From: a virus
IMG/VR virus record: IMGVR_UViG_3300032313_001582
Coordinates: 1-64,000 of that record
Length of the DNA stretch: 64,000 bases
Strand: one strand, 5' to 3'
Shown in pieces: positions 9,479-19,207 of the stretch. Below the pieces are notes generated by a model that was not told where the DNA came from, did no database searches, and was given only the letters and a program-made list of their open reading frames with translations. Position 1 is the first letter of the stretch, and each line of letters begins with the position of its first letter. Made by a program: the position numbers and the translations under genes.

Positions 9479-10256
9479 AGACGAAAAGCAGTTGTATCTG
9501 TCACAATTCGAAAAGAAATTGGGACAATTCAAAAGCAAAGAAGACAAGGTAGAACTCATTAAATCCATTACCAGTTGGCGATTACACTTGGGTATTCGCG
9601 AAAAAATGTCTGATGAAGAACTAATCATCAATATGACTTTTTTAAAAGATAGTTATCCAAACTTGACGCTGGATGATATTCGTCTTGCAATACGTTATTC
9701 ACTGAATGGTACTTTGGGAATCAATCCTGAAGCCTTTGGTTCATTTTCGCCTTTGTACATCAGTAAAATTATCAATGCTTATTTTTCTTACAAGCAGGAG
9801 CAAATAGTAGCGATGAATCAAAGAAAAAAATATCTGGAAGTTATGAATCGTAAAGAACCAGAGTTGACTTACCGAGAAAAAGTAGACGAAAGGAAAAAAC
9901 ACATCAAATGGTTTCATGAAAGAATTACTGAAAGCGATAAATACATTGCCGACTTTCAAAGTGTCATGTGGGATTTATTGAGCCGTAATGAATTCTTATT
10001 GCCCAGCGAAATTGACTGGGATGATGCTGATGAAAAAGCAGAGATTTTAACCAACAGAAACGTCTATTCTACTTTTGCCAAGGTTATGGATAATCTAAAG
10101 CCCTATGAGAAAGAAGAGGAAAAGAAAAAGTTAAAAGAACTATATGGCAGATTTTATTTGATGAAGCAATTTTTTGAAAAAGTTACTGACATTAATATGT
10201 GGATTGATGCATTATCCGATGAAGATATTTTACCTTCGTCATCAATCAAAAAATAA
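9387..10256 (+). CDS. Putative helicase-loader/replication accessory protein
   Basis: Follows the initiator gene; helical protein with YPNLTLDDIRLA; assignment mostly positional. Confidence 0.45.
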   Translation: MEDNKPAVSNKQLTPHKESQSLSIGGWIRNEDEKQLYLSQFEKKLGQFKSKEDKVELIKSITSWRLHLGIREKMSDEELIINMTFLKDSYPNLTLDDIRLAIRYSLNGTLGINPEAFGSFSPLYISKIINAYFSYKQEQIVAMNQRKKYLEVMNRKEPELTYREKVDERKKHIKWFHERITESDKYIADFQSVMWDLLSRNEFLLPSEIDWDDADEKAEILTNRNVYSTFAKVMDNLKPYEKEEEKKKLKELYGRFYLMKQFFEKVTDINMWIDALSDEDILPSSSIKK

Positions 10257-10278
10257 ACCGCATATTATTTTCAAAAAT

Positions 10279-10521
10279 ATGAAAACGCCAATCGTTAAAA
10301 TTGATGAAGAACAAATCTTAGAAATGCACTCTATCATTTGTGAAGAGTTGACACTGATGCTTATAGATAGAGCAAATGAAGAAGACCCAACAGAATGTGC
10401 ATGCTTGAAATGTCTTTCTGGAAGAGCAATGACAAAAACTTTGGAGTATTTGAAAGACAATGATATTGTTGAAGTCAGATTAACGATTAGCCCTTTTCAA
10501 GACAGAACACACATAAATTAA
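10279..10521 (+). CDS. Hypothetical protein with CxCxxC motif
   Basis: MKTPIVKID...CACLKC. Confidence 0.6.
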   Translation: MKTPIVKIDEEQILEMHSIICEELTLMLIDRANEEDPTECACLKCLSGRAMTKTLEYLKDNDIVEVRLTISPFQDRTHIN

Positions 10522-10522
10522 G

Positions 10523-11152
10523 ATGGCACAAGGAATTTATAAAATAACCGAAACTTTCGAGCAAATGCTTTGCGACTATACAGGTTCGCCCTATGCAGTT
10601 GCAGTTGATAACCAAAGTAATGCCCTATTCTTGGCGTTATATTACGAAAAGATAACTGGCATGGAAATCACAATACCATCGCGAACCTATCCAAGTGTCC
10701 CATGCGAAATTATTCATGCAGGTGGTAAAGTAAACTTTGAACCCGTTGAAGGCAAAACCATCAAGGGGTCGTATCAGTTGAAACCAACCAAGGTCTGGGA
10801 TTCCGCTTTGAGTTTTGATGCCGACATGTATAAGGCTGGGACACACATGTGCCTTTCATTTACAGGACCGTACAAGACTTTGAAGTTGTCCAAGGGTGGT
10901 GCTATCTTGACTGATGACAGAGATGCTTATTTCTGGTTCAAGAGAGCAAGATTTTCTGGCAGGAATGAGATGTCTTATCATGAAGACACTTTCGATATGC
11001 TTGGATGGAATTTCTACATGATGCCAGAATTGGCAACAAGGGGTGTTTTGATGATGAATCAATTTTACAATACAGATGGAAGTAAGAAAAGGTTCGAAGA
11101 TGTGGAACTACCTTACCCAGACTTGAGCAAATTCGATATTTACAAGCAATAA
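10523..11152 (+). CDS. DegT/DnrJ/EryC1/StrS-family sugar aminotransferase, unusually short
   Basis: FEQMLCDYTGSPYAVAVDNQSNALFLAL, IPSRTY, DSA, SFTGPYK.L....GGAILTDD, GWNFYM. Confidence 0.85.
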   Translation: MAQGIYKITETFEQMLCDYTGSPYAVAVDNQSNALFLALYYEKITGMEITIPSRTYPSVPCEIIHAGGKVNFEPVEGKTIKGSYQLKPTKVWDSALSFDADMYKAGTHMCLSFTGPYKTLKLSKGGAILTDDRDAYFWFKRARFSGRNEMSYHEDTFDMLGWNFYMMPELATRGVLMMNQFYNTDGSKKRFEDVELPYPDLSKFDIYKQ

Positions 11153-11205
11153 TACTATTAGGCTACAACCTAATATTGACTGATTATTAGTCCACGACCT
11201 TATAC

Positions 11206-11970
11206 ATGAGAATAGACAAAATTATTTTTGCGGTAGATGACAATCCTTTATATGCTGGTTTCTGGAAATTCATTAGTAAGTGGACGAAAGAAAGACTGGG
11301 TGTAACACCAGTGTTGTTTCATATTACCGATGAAGAAACAGATATTTATGAGGATAAATATGGATTAGTCAAGAAGTTTAAAGCACTACCGAATTTCACT
11401 ACTTCGATTCAGTGCAGAATGATTAGAATGTGGGGAACAAGATTCTTCATTGATGAATTTTGTATGATGGGGGATATTGATATGATGATGGTTGATAAAG
11501 AGTATTTCTTCAGAGATTTACAAACCTATCCAGAAGATTCCTTAGTTATTTACACGAGTGATGCTTATGACAGGGATAGACCAGAATGCATAAACGAATA
11601 TGCACAAGACAGGTATCCAATTTGCTACAACTTAGCGAAGGGAAGCGTTTATAATCGGATATTAAACACCAGCAGAAATTTTACAGAATATCTTACAGAA
11701 GCCAGTAATCATGGTTTTTTGATTGACCATTGTGACGAGTTGTACTATGGGCTCAGAGTTAATCAGTTTGAGCATGGCGTAAATGTAATCAAGTTGAAAA
11801 GAGGATATAAAAGTTTCTTTGTTTGTCCAAACAGGTTTGAAAGACCAATTCTTTTGAATCATGAAGAGCAATATCAACTAATAAACAAAAATATTATTGA
11901 CATTCATTTGCCCCGTCCTTTTGAAGATTTTGAATTTTATATCAAATTAATTAAAGAACAAATTTCATGA
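11206..11970 (+). CDS. Putative GT-A glycosyltransferase
   Basis: MGDIDMM DxD motif and a C-terminal DIHLPRP. Confidence 0.6.
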   Translation: MRIDKIIFAVDDNPLYAGFWKFISKWTKERLGVTPVLFHITDEETDIYEDKYGLVKKFKALPNFTTSIQCRMIRMWGTRFFIDEFCMMGDIDMMMVDKEYFFRDLQTYPEDSLVIYTSDAYDRDRPECINEYAQDRYPICYNLAKGSVYNRILNTSRNFTEYLTEASNHGFLIDHCDELYYGLRVNQFEHGVNVIKLKRGYKSFFVCPNRFERPILLNHEEQYQLINKNIIDIHLPRPFEDFEFYIKLIKEQIS

Positions 11971-12911
11971 GCGAAGAAGTTTACCTGATTGGTTGTCATG
12001 TGGCAAATATTGAGCAAGAAAATTTGCTCAGGCGATTAGTGAATCACTTGGATTTTTACAAAAAAGATTTTGTCTTGGTCAGTCACACTATGTTGCCAGA
12101 AGACATTATCGCAAAAAGTGTAGGTTTCGTTTATGATAAATGTAATCCAGTTTTTTGGCGGTGGGAATTAGAGGGTTCACCATCTTATAATTTTTCATGT
12201 CCTAAATTTAACATTTCTTCAAAGTACATTTTGTATGGTGCATCCCCTTATTACCATGTTGGTGTTTTGAGGCTATTACATCATGGAATAAAGTATTTAC
12301 AGACGTTGACTTATGATGTAATACACTGGATTGAATATGACATGTTTCCAGACTTTGACAGAGCAGAAGAAAACACAAAATTGATTAGACAAGGTAATCA
12401 ATTCGTTTTTCATGGGCTTGGTAGTTTTTTTACTTTTGATGCAAATATTCAAGTGAGAAAGCATTTTAGAGAAATCAACAATCTGGAATTGCTCAAACTT
12501 TTGAAAATGCATAGTTATGTGGCTGAGTTGGTGATAATGAATGATTTATTTGAAGCAGAGCCTTTGAAAGTATTTGATGTGTTAACAAGTGCAGGAGATT
12601 ATAGTCAGAACTTCGATAAGATACCAGTTCATTGGTCATTATTTCAACAGAAAGATAATGAAGTTCATATTTTTCTTCTGAATAAACAGGACAAAGAAAT
12701 TCGAGTAAAATACACTTACAACGACCATGTTGGAATGAGAGTTTTATTACCAAATATGTACCATAGAAGCCACTTTGCATGGATAAAAATGGATGGCAAA
12801 ACCAAGGTGAAAATAGAAGTCGATGGTGAAATTTTCTTTGAATTAGAGGATGATAGCCAAACGATTTATGATAAACTAATAAAAGATACCAAAGTCTGGG
12901 AAAATGCATAG
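11967..12911 (+). CDS. Divergent GT-A-like protein, paralogous to the C-terminal half of 13494-15272
   Basis: LVSHT...YD..N and HWIEYD align with LISNT...YDSNN and QRMEAD. Confidence 0.5.
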   Translation: MSEEVYLIGCHVANIEQENLLRRLVNHLDFYKKDFVLVSHTMLPEDIIAKSVGFVYDKCNPVFWRWELEGSPSYNFSCPKFNISSKYILYGASPYYHVGVLRLLHHGIKYLQTLTYDVIHWIEYDMFPDFDRAEENTKLIRQGNQFVFHGLGSFFTFDANIQVRKHFREINNLELLKLLKMHSYVAELVIMNDLFEAEPLKVFDVLTSAGDYSQNFDKIPVHWSLFQQKDNEVHIFLLNKQDKEIRVKYTYNDHVGMRVLLPNMYHRSHFAWIKMDGKTKVKIEVDGEIFFELEDDSQTIYDKLIKDTKVWENA

Positions 12912-13497
12912 AAAACTTGCTTTATATGGTGCTGGCGGTCATGCCAGTGAGGTAATTGCACAACTCAGTTATAAATTCAAATCAATAAAATTATTTGTTG
13001 ATGATAAATATGTAACGAGCGACTTAGAATCAATAGGTAATTTCAACCCAGAAGAATATGCAATCATGATACCCGTCAGTGATTCTGTGGCAAGGGAGAA
13101 AATGGTTAATAAACTTCCTTCAGGAACACATTTCTGGAGTTTCATTCATCCAACTGCATTGCTTATGGACGATGCCACCATAAAGTTGGGGGTAGGATGT
13201 TTTATTGGAGCGTATTCTATTTTAACGACAGACATCGTAATAGGCGACCATGCGATTCTTAATCGCGGTGTTCATATCGGACACGGGTGCAGGATAGGTG
13301 ATTATTTCAGTGCAATGCCGAGTTCTGTGGTGTCAGGAGATGTTGTTATTGGCAATAATGTTTATCTGGGTACAAACGCTTCAGTAAAAGAAAAAATACA
13401 CCTTTGTGATGATGTGACCATCGGGATGAATAGTCCAGTACACCACAATATAAACGAGTCTGGAATTTATGTAGGTGACAATTTGAGAAAGTTATGA
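12904..13497 (+). CDS. NeuD/PglD-type sugar O/N-acetyltransferase (hexapeptide repeat)
   Basis: YGAGGHA, IHPTA, IGHGC, left-handed beta-helix repeats. Confidence 0.9.
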   Translation: MHRKLALYGAGGHASEVIAQLSYKFKSIKLFVDDKYVTSDLESIGNFNPEEYAIMIPVSDSVAREKMVNKLPSGTHFWSFIHPTALLMDDATIKLGVGCFIGAYSILTTDIVIGDHAILNRGVHIGHGCRIGDYFSAMPSSVVSGDVVIGNNVYLGTNASVKEKIHLCDDVTIGMNSPVHHNINESGIYVGDNLRKL

Positions 13498-15272
13498 GTG
13501 ATATAAAATTAAGTGTAATCATACCAGCCTATAAGTTCTGTTATTATATCGACCAAGCGGTTTTGTCTGCTTTGTGGCAAAAAACTGATTTCGAGTTCGA
13601 AGTCTTGGTGAGAGATGATTTTAGTCCAGACAAAACGCACACCGTCTTGGAAAAATTAGCAAACAGAAATCCACGATTGAAATACTTCAAGGCAACAGAG
13701 AATTGGGGTTTCATGAAGAACATTCAGTTCCTTTTGAATAATGCCCAAGGAAAATATATCGCGTATTTGGATGGTGACGATTATTATGTTTTTCAAGACA
13801 AACTTCAGAGAGCCTTTGATTTTTTAGAAGAAAATTCGAACTACTCCATGGTTTCGTTTGGATACTATCGCAAAATGGAAAACGGAGAATGGACACCAGA
13901 TAAACCTTGGGAGTTTTTCGGTCCGTTAGACGATACAATTGATGTGCATCAAATGGTGGAAGTAAACAAAGTTCAGTGGGGTAGAGTGTTTAGAAACTCA
14001 CCAAATCTTGTTAAACCATGGATGTACAACTTGCCAACTTTGGATTGGGCTTTAAATTATGAAGTTGCAAAAACGGGATTAATAAAAAACATCGATGAAC
14101 CATGGGGTGTATACAGACAAAGCGGTGTAGGATTGTTCAGCCCATTAAGTGAAAAGGAAAAAAAGGATTTAGACCTTATCGTGAAAAATGAAATTCAAGA
14201 GAATTATAAAAGCATAAAAATGAAAACCATAACTATTGTAGATTCCTACGTTTACTCAGAGAATGTCAGATTAAAACTTGAAGCGTTTGTAAAAATGTTG
14301 AATGAAGATGGTCATGAAGTGATGCTCATTAGCAACACCATCGTTGGGCAGGAGGTTTTAAAGCATTGCAAATACTATATCTATGATTCAAATAATCGAT
14401 TGTTCCAGAACATATTCGAAGAAGTAAAAGACATCAATCTTTGGAAAATCATGGATGGTTTTAAGGTGAATGAACACACTTCTGGTCTGCAAAAACACGG
14501 CTTGTCAGTTATGGTAAATCTGTTTAATGCTCTGAAGATGGCACAAGCATTAGGATACACTCATTTTCAGAGAATGGAAGCCGATGACTTGTTTGGTGCT
14601 AAAAGTCGCGAGTGGATTTCTGGAGTTCCAAATCGCGTGTTAACAGAAGGCAAAAAAGGGCTTTACTATTACAACTTTACGCCAGATGTAGAACAAGAAG
14701 ATGTTTCATTCCACTACCAGTTTTGTGAAATAGATTTGTTTTTGAAGTCCGTTACCAACATAGAAAGTCAAAGGGATTACTTTGATTATTTGGTGAAGGA
14801 ATTTGGTAGACCAAAATTCATCATTGTAGAGGAGTTTCTTTACCGAGAATTGAAAAGAAATTGTTGGGATTCACTGCTAATCCGCAATACAGAACAACAA
14901 ATTCAGGATTTCCCAGATACGCATTGGAATACTGAAATTAGTATTTCGAATATGAGTGAAAAGTACAGGGGGTGTTCTACAAGGCTTTTTAGACACTGGG
15001 GTACTTCAGAAAACGGAGAGCCTTATGATAGGGGTGGTAGAATAGTATTTACCTACAACTACATGGAAGATACTAAGGAGAGAATTATTGAAGTTGTTGC
15101 TATGGATGACACCATTCATACCTTAAAGCATGTAGTTTACGGAAAAAGGGGTTGGGCTTACAACATCATAACTTGGGATTTTAAATGCATCCGCGTTTAC
15201 GAAAATGATGAATTGTTGTATGAAGAAAGCAACTTGGAAGAATATTGGTCAAGACTCGTTTTTAACAATTAA
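13494..15272 (+). CDS. GT2 glycosyltransferase fused to a second GT-like domain
   Basis: SVIIPAY, DDFSPD, YIAYLDGDD; C-terminal half resembles 11967-12911. Confidence 0.88.
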   Translation: MSDIKLSVIIPAYKFCYYIDQAVLSALWQKTDFEFEVLVRDDFSPDKTHTVLEKLANRNPRLKYFKATENWGFMKNIQFLLNNAQGKYIAYLDGDDYYVFQDKLQRAFDFLEENSNYSMVSFGYYRKMENGEWTPDKPWEFFGPLDDTIDVHQMVEVNKVQWGRVFRNSPNLVKPWMYNLPTLDWALNYEVAKTGLIKNIDEPWGVYRQSGVGLFSPLSEKEKKDLDLIVKNEIQENYKSIKMKTITIVDSYVYSENVRLKLEAFVKMLNEDGHEVMLISNTIVGQEVLKHCKYYIYDSNNRLFQNIFEEVKDINLWKIMDGFKVNEHTSGLQKHGLSVMVNLFNALKMAQALGYTHFQRMEADDLFGAKSREWISGVPNRVLTEGKKGLYYYNFTPDVEQEDVSFHYQFCEIDLFLKSVTNIESQRDYFDYLVKEFGRPKFIIVEEFLYRELKRNCWDSLLIRNTEQQIQDFPDTHWNTEISISNMSEKYRGCSTRLFRHWGTSENGEPYDRGGRIVFTYNYMEDTKERIIEVVAMDDTIHTLKHVVYGKRGWAYNIITWDFKCIRVYENDELLYEESNLEEYWSRLVFNN

Positions 15273-15280
15273 TATATACC

Positions 15281-15499
15281 ATGAGATACATTCATAAATT
15301 TTGCATTTACGCTTACTACATTATTGCTTTTCCTTTGTTGGTTATTGTATTGATGTATATTTGGTTTCCGTATGTAAAAAAGTACCAAAATGTGCCACCA
15401 TTGGAAATGGTACACGAAAGCATAAACAATGTTTTACCCCACTGCTTTTTCATTGATTTGTTATTGTGCGGTTTTTATTGTGTATTTTTTGTAAATTAG
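15281..15499 (+). CDS. Small 2-TM membrane protein
   Basis: Two hydrophobic segments; same layout as 16166-16387. Confidence 0.55.
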   Translation: MRYIHKFCIYAYYIIAFPLLVIVLMYIWFPYVKKYQNVPPLEMVHESINNVLPHCFFIDLLLCGFYCVFFVN

Positions 15500-15507
15500 C
15501 AACATTG

Positions 15508-15527
15508 TATTATTTTTGAAAATAATA
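15508..15527. promoter_or_regulatory. Perfect palindromic operator-like site containing a TATTTTTG -7 box
   Basis: TATTATTTT-TG-AAAATAATA, 3 nt before the ATG at 15531. Confidence 0.55.
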
Positions 15528-15530
15528 ACC

Positions 15531-16166
15531 ATGGCTACAATCGCATTAGGAATACCAACAATCAACCAAGCGGAACTCTTACAACCGAGTTTGGAAAAAT
15601 ATAGTGCTAACTGGTATGGAAGACATACCTATATCATTGATAATGGCAATCAAAAATTAGCCCCAGTTGGTTCTAAGCAAAGGATTGTAAAAATGCCAAA
15701 TAATTTGGGAGTTGCAGGGAGTTGGAATTTATTGTGCCGTACCATTTTTGGGTTTGGTTACACCCACATTGCAATTTTGAATGACGACATTTTCTGGAAC
15801 AAGGAAGCAGATGACATCGAACACTATATTGAACAAAATCCAGCAGATTTTTATGTAGGAATGGGTCAATGGTGTTGCTTTGTTTTGCCTTACGATACTT
15901 ACGCAAAAGTTGGGTTGTTTGATGATAAATTCATCAATGCATATTTCGAAGACAATGACTACGAATACCGAATGAAATTGTTAGGATTGAGCGTTCACAG
16001 GTCAGAATTTTTTAATCCAGATGAGTATAAACAGAGCCAGTCAATTCGTAAAGAACCAGCCTTAAATAACAATTTCGAGAACAACAAAAACCGATATATT
16101 GAAAAATGGGGAGGCTTGCCAAGAGAAGAAAAATTTCAAAATCCCTTCAATAAAGTGTTGGTCTAA
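15531..16166 (+). CDS. GT2-family glycosyltransferase
   Basis: IIDNG, NLGVAGSWN, ILNDD, GLFDDKF..AYFEDND, KWG. Confidence 0.88.
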   Translation: MATIALGIPTINQAELLQPSLEKYSANWYGRHTYIIDNGNQKLAPVGSKQRIVKMPNNLGVAGSWNLLCRTIFGFGYTHIAILNDDIFWNKEADDIEHYIEQNPADFYVGMGQWCCFVLPYDTYAKVGLFDDKFINAYFEDNDYEYRMKLLGLSVHRSEFFNPDEYKQSQSIRKEPALNNNFENNKNRYIEKWGGLPREEKFQNPFNKVLV

Positions 16167-16387
16167 TGAAAAAATTTTGGAAAAACGTGTTTCAAGCCTT
16201 GGTGATATTGGGTGCTTTGCCCATGCTTATGTTTGTTTACGCGATTTTTCTAAAAATTCAAAGTGAAGATGGAGTAGACTATCCAAATAGAGAAACTGAA
16301 AATTATTTCCACAACGTAATTGTAAAAAAATGCATAATTGTATACTATGTGCTAATCGCCATTTGTCTGATTTGGAAAAGCCTTTGA
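16166..16387 (+). CDS. Small 2-TM membrane protein
   Basis: Two hydrophobic segments. Confidence 0.6.
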   Translation: MKKFWKNVFQALVILGALPMLMFVYAIFLKIQSEDGVDYPNRETENYFHNVIVKKCIIVYYVLIAICLIWKSL

Positions 16388-16395
16388 ATCCTGTG

Positions 16396-16656
16396 ATGAG
16401 AAACCCCAAAATATATATCATCAGTGTTTACCGAAAAAAATCGATTTTACAACTGCGTGAGCCCATGGAATTTATTAGTTATGTGGATGTTGATTCTGTT
16501 CTATATCAAGCGAACCTCGATGTCATGGAAGCCCAAAAATTCACTTTGGAAGAAGCATCTTATGTTGTAACTGCATTAAGTAAGATGTTACCTGAATTTT
16601 TTATGATAAATTTGAATCCCAGTTATCATGTACAAAAAGAATTCGGAAAAGTATAA
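16396..16656 (+). CDS. Hypothetical protein
   Basis: Probable start MRNPKI within the 16330-16656 frame. Confidence 0.5.
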   Translation: MRNPKIYIISVYRKKSILQLREPMEFISYVDVDSVLYQANLDVMEAQKFTLEEASYVVTALSKMLPEFFMINLNPSYHVQKEFGKV

Positions 16657-17275
16657 GTTGTATTTCTTGCTGATTGTAATCGGTGTTTTGTTTTTTTTGT
16701 TGTGGCTTAAAAACAATACAATCGATTCGCTGAGAACCATAAATACAGAAATAACTCATGAAGTTACCATGGATGGAAAATACATGGCTACGCAAAGGCA
16801 AAACATCATGAATTTAGAAGAAGCAATAAAATCTGGGTTACTGGAAAAAGAGCGTTATATGAAAAACGTGAAAAGCCAAACCAAGATTGAAACTACAACG
16901 ATTATCAAAGAAAAATTAATCACTTTTCACGACACGGTTGAAGTGATTTTTGACACTTTAGATATGCGGTACTGGGTAAAAACACCAGCACCAATTAGAT
17001 ACCAAGATTCGTTTAATTTATTGGCTGGTAAATTCACAAAAGATGGGTTTGTTTTGGATACTTTGGAAACAAAAAATGAGTTCAGAGTTTCCATATTTGA
17101 CAAGAAGCAGGGCTTTCTTAAAAAGTCTGTTCCCGTAGTTGAAATCAAATCTAACAACCCCAATACCAAAACAACGAATATTAAAAATGTTACCATAGAA
17201 AAGAAAACTCCATTTTTTACAAAATGGTGGTTTGTAGGTTCTGTGGGGATGTTGATTGGTTATTTGGTTCTTTAA
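16628..17275 (+). CDS. Membrane protein with N- and C-terminal TM segments (spanin-like candidate)
   Basis: N-terminal TM, coiled/beta middle region, C-terminal KWWFVGSVGMLIGYLVL. Confidence 0.55.
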   Translation: MYKKNSEKYKLYFLLIVIGVLFFLLWLKNNTIDSLRTINTEITHEVTMDGKYMATQRQNIMNLEEAIKSGLLEKERYMKNVKSQTKIETTTIIKEKLITFHDTVEVIFDTLDMRYWVKTPAPIRYQDSFNLLAGKFTKDGFVLDTLETKNEFRVSIFDKKQGFLKKSVPVVEIKSNNPNTKTTNIKNVTIEKKTPFFTKWWFVGSVGMLIGYLVL

Positions 17276-17292
17276 AAATGTAAATTAAAATA

Positions 17293-17952
17293 ATGACTGC
17301 TACATATTCACAAATCAGCCAGTATGTTTACTCTACTGCTGAAACGCAAAGACAATCTTATGATGTTGGTGATTACTTGAGAAACAACTCTATCGAAGGC
17401 GATGTAGTTGAACTTGGAGTCGCCGCAGGTGGAAATTTCGCAACTATGCTTCTTGGATGCCGAGAGGCTGGTTTGAACAAAAAAGGCTGGGGTTTTGATA
17501 GTTTTCAAGGAATCCAACTTGCTGGTAAAAAAGATACCAGCCAGCCTGGGATTGGTGATATTACCCATGATGTAAATGTTCCAGACGAAGAACTTCTTGT
17601 TTCAAGTGGAATTACGGTGCATCCAAAACAAAATGTAATCGATAATCTGACAAATTGGGGATTATATAACAATGTAGAGTTGGTTGAAGGATGGGTTCAA
17701 CACACCTTACCAGAATACGTTAACAAAATTGATAAAATTGCCGTTTTGCGATTGGATATGGACATTTATTACCCCACCAAAATTGCCTTAGAGTTTTTGT
17801 TTGATAAGGTAGTGGATGGTGGCATCGTAATCATTGATGATTGGGCTTTGGATGGTGCAAGATTAGCATGTGAAGAGTATTTTGAAAGTATCAATTATCA
17901 GCCCAAGTATATTGGAGTTCCTAATTCGACACCAGTTTATTTCTACAAATGA
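17293..17952 (+). CDS. TylF/MycF/NovP-family sugar O-methyltransferase
   Basis: EGDVVELGV, FDSFQG, VEGW...TLP, LRLDMDIY, GGIVIIDDW. Confidence 0.9.
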   Translation: MTATYSQISQYVYSTAETQRQSYDVGDYLRNNSIEGDVVELGVAAGGNFATMLLGCREAGLNKKGWGFDSFQGIQLAGKKDTSQPGIGDITHDVNVPDEELLVSSGITVHPKQNVIDNLTNWGLYNNVELVEGWVQHTLPEYVNKIDKIAVLRLDMDIYYPTKIALEFLFDKVVDGGIVIIDDWALDGARLACEEYFESINYQPKYIGVPNSTPVYFYK

Positions 17953-18659
17953 AATTCACTATAATTCACCCCAGCAGGAATCGTCCGAGCATGGCTATGG
18001 ATACCATTTTAAAATGGACTCAAAGAGCCAGCAAAGATGCAGATTACGAGTATTTGATTTCATTAGATGATGACGACCCTAAATACAATTTATACCATGA
18101 CTGGTTATACAAAATTGAAGGCGGTAAAATAAAGGTTCATGTTAATCAAAATAAGAGTGCTATTGAAGCAATCAACAATGTTGCATATTTTGGTAGGGGT
18201 GAAGTATTTATTGTTGTTTCAGACGATTTTGAGTGTCCTTTTGAGTGGGACAAATTGTTATCAGCGAATCTTTTTGATAAGACGGATTATGTTGCTAAGG
18301 TAAACGATGGAACGCCTTCATGGATAGTGACTTTGCCTATTGTTCATAAAGATTTTTACAATCGTTTTGGATACATTTATAATCCAGAATACAAGCACAT
18401 GTTTTGCGATACGGAAATGACTTGTGTTGCAGGTTTGTTAGGTAAGTTGGTGTACTTAGACCATCTTGGGTTTGTGTTTAATCACAGGCACTATACAACT
18501 GAAAATGGTATGCAGAAAGATGAACAAAATGAGAAAAATGATAGCACTTGGGAACATGGAGAAAAAGTGTTCCGCAGAAGGGTAACAGAAAACTTTGGAT
18601 TAAAAGACGAAGAAGTAGTTTCAAAGAAAATTCTTGAAAAACTGGCTCACTGGTTATGA
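17949..18659 (+). CDS. GT2-like glycosyltransferase
   Basis: IIHPSRNRP, LDDDD, VSDDF, FCDTE. Confidence 0.8.
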   Translation: MKFTIIHPSRNRPSMAMDTILKWTQRASKDADYEYLISLDDDDPKYNLYHDWLYKIEGGKIKVHVNQNKSAIEAINNVAYFGRGEVFIVVSDDFECPFEWDKLLSANLFDKTDYVAKVNDGTPSWIVTLPIVHKDFYNRFGYIYNPEYKHMFCDTEMTCVAGLLGKLVYLDHLGFVFNHRHYTTENGMQKDEQNEKNDSTWEHGEKVFRRRVTENFGLKDEEVVSKKILEKLAHWL

Positions 18660-19207
18660 AATTGAGTATTCTTATTTGCACGATGCCATCTCGTTCAGAG
18701 ATGCTGAAAAAACTGACCCAACAACTCATGTTGTTATTGGTAAAGTATGATGAATCACAATGGGAAGTATTAATTCAACCAGATGAGAATATAAATGTAG
18801 GTCGTAAAAGAAATATTCTCCTTCAGAAAGCATCAGGTGATTTTGTGGTTTTCATAGATGATGATGATGAAATTCATGATAACTACATTGACGCTTTCAT
18901 GAATGCTATTGAATCTAATCCAAATGCAGATTGCATAGGGTACAGAGGTTATATCACCTTTGATGGGACATCGAGAAAAGATTGGGTAATTTCGATAACA
19001 TGTAAAACTTGGCACGAAGAGAACGGGGTTTATTACAGAACTCCTAATCACATTTCGCCAGTAAAAAGAAGCATCGCTATGCAAGTTATGTTCCCACAAA
19101 TTGAGTTTGGTGAAGACTACGAGTATTCTATGGGCATTTTACCTTTATTGAAAGAAGAAGTGTTTATTGATGAGCAGTTGTACCATTATAAATTTATGGC
19201 AAAATGA
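18656..19207 (+). CDS. GT2 glycosyltransferase
   Basis: LSILICT, GRKRN, VFIDDDD, GED. Confidence 0.88.
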   Translation: MKLSILICTMPSRSEMLKKLTQQLMLLLVKYDESQWEVLIQPDENINVGRKRNILLQKASGDFVVFIDDDDEIHDNYIDAFMNAIESNPNADCIGYRGYITFDGTSRKDWVISITCKTWHEENGVYYRTPNHISPVKRSIAMQVMFPQIEFGEDYEYSMGILPLLKEEVFIDEQLYHYKFMAK

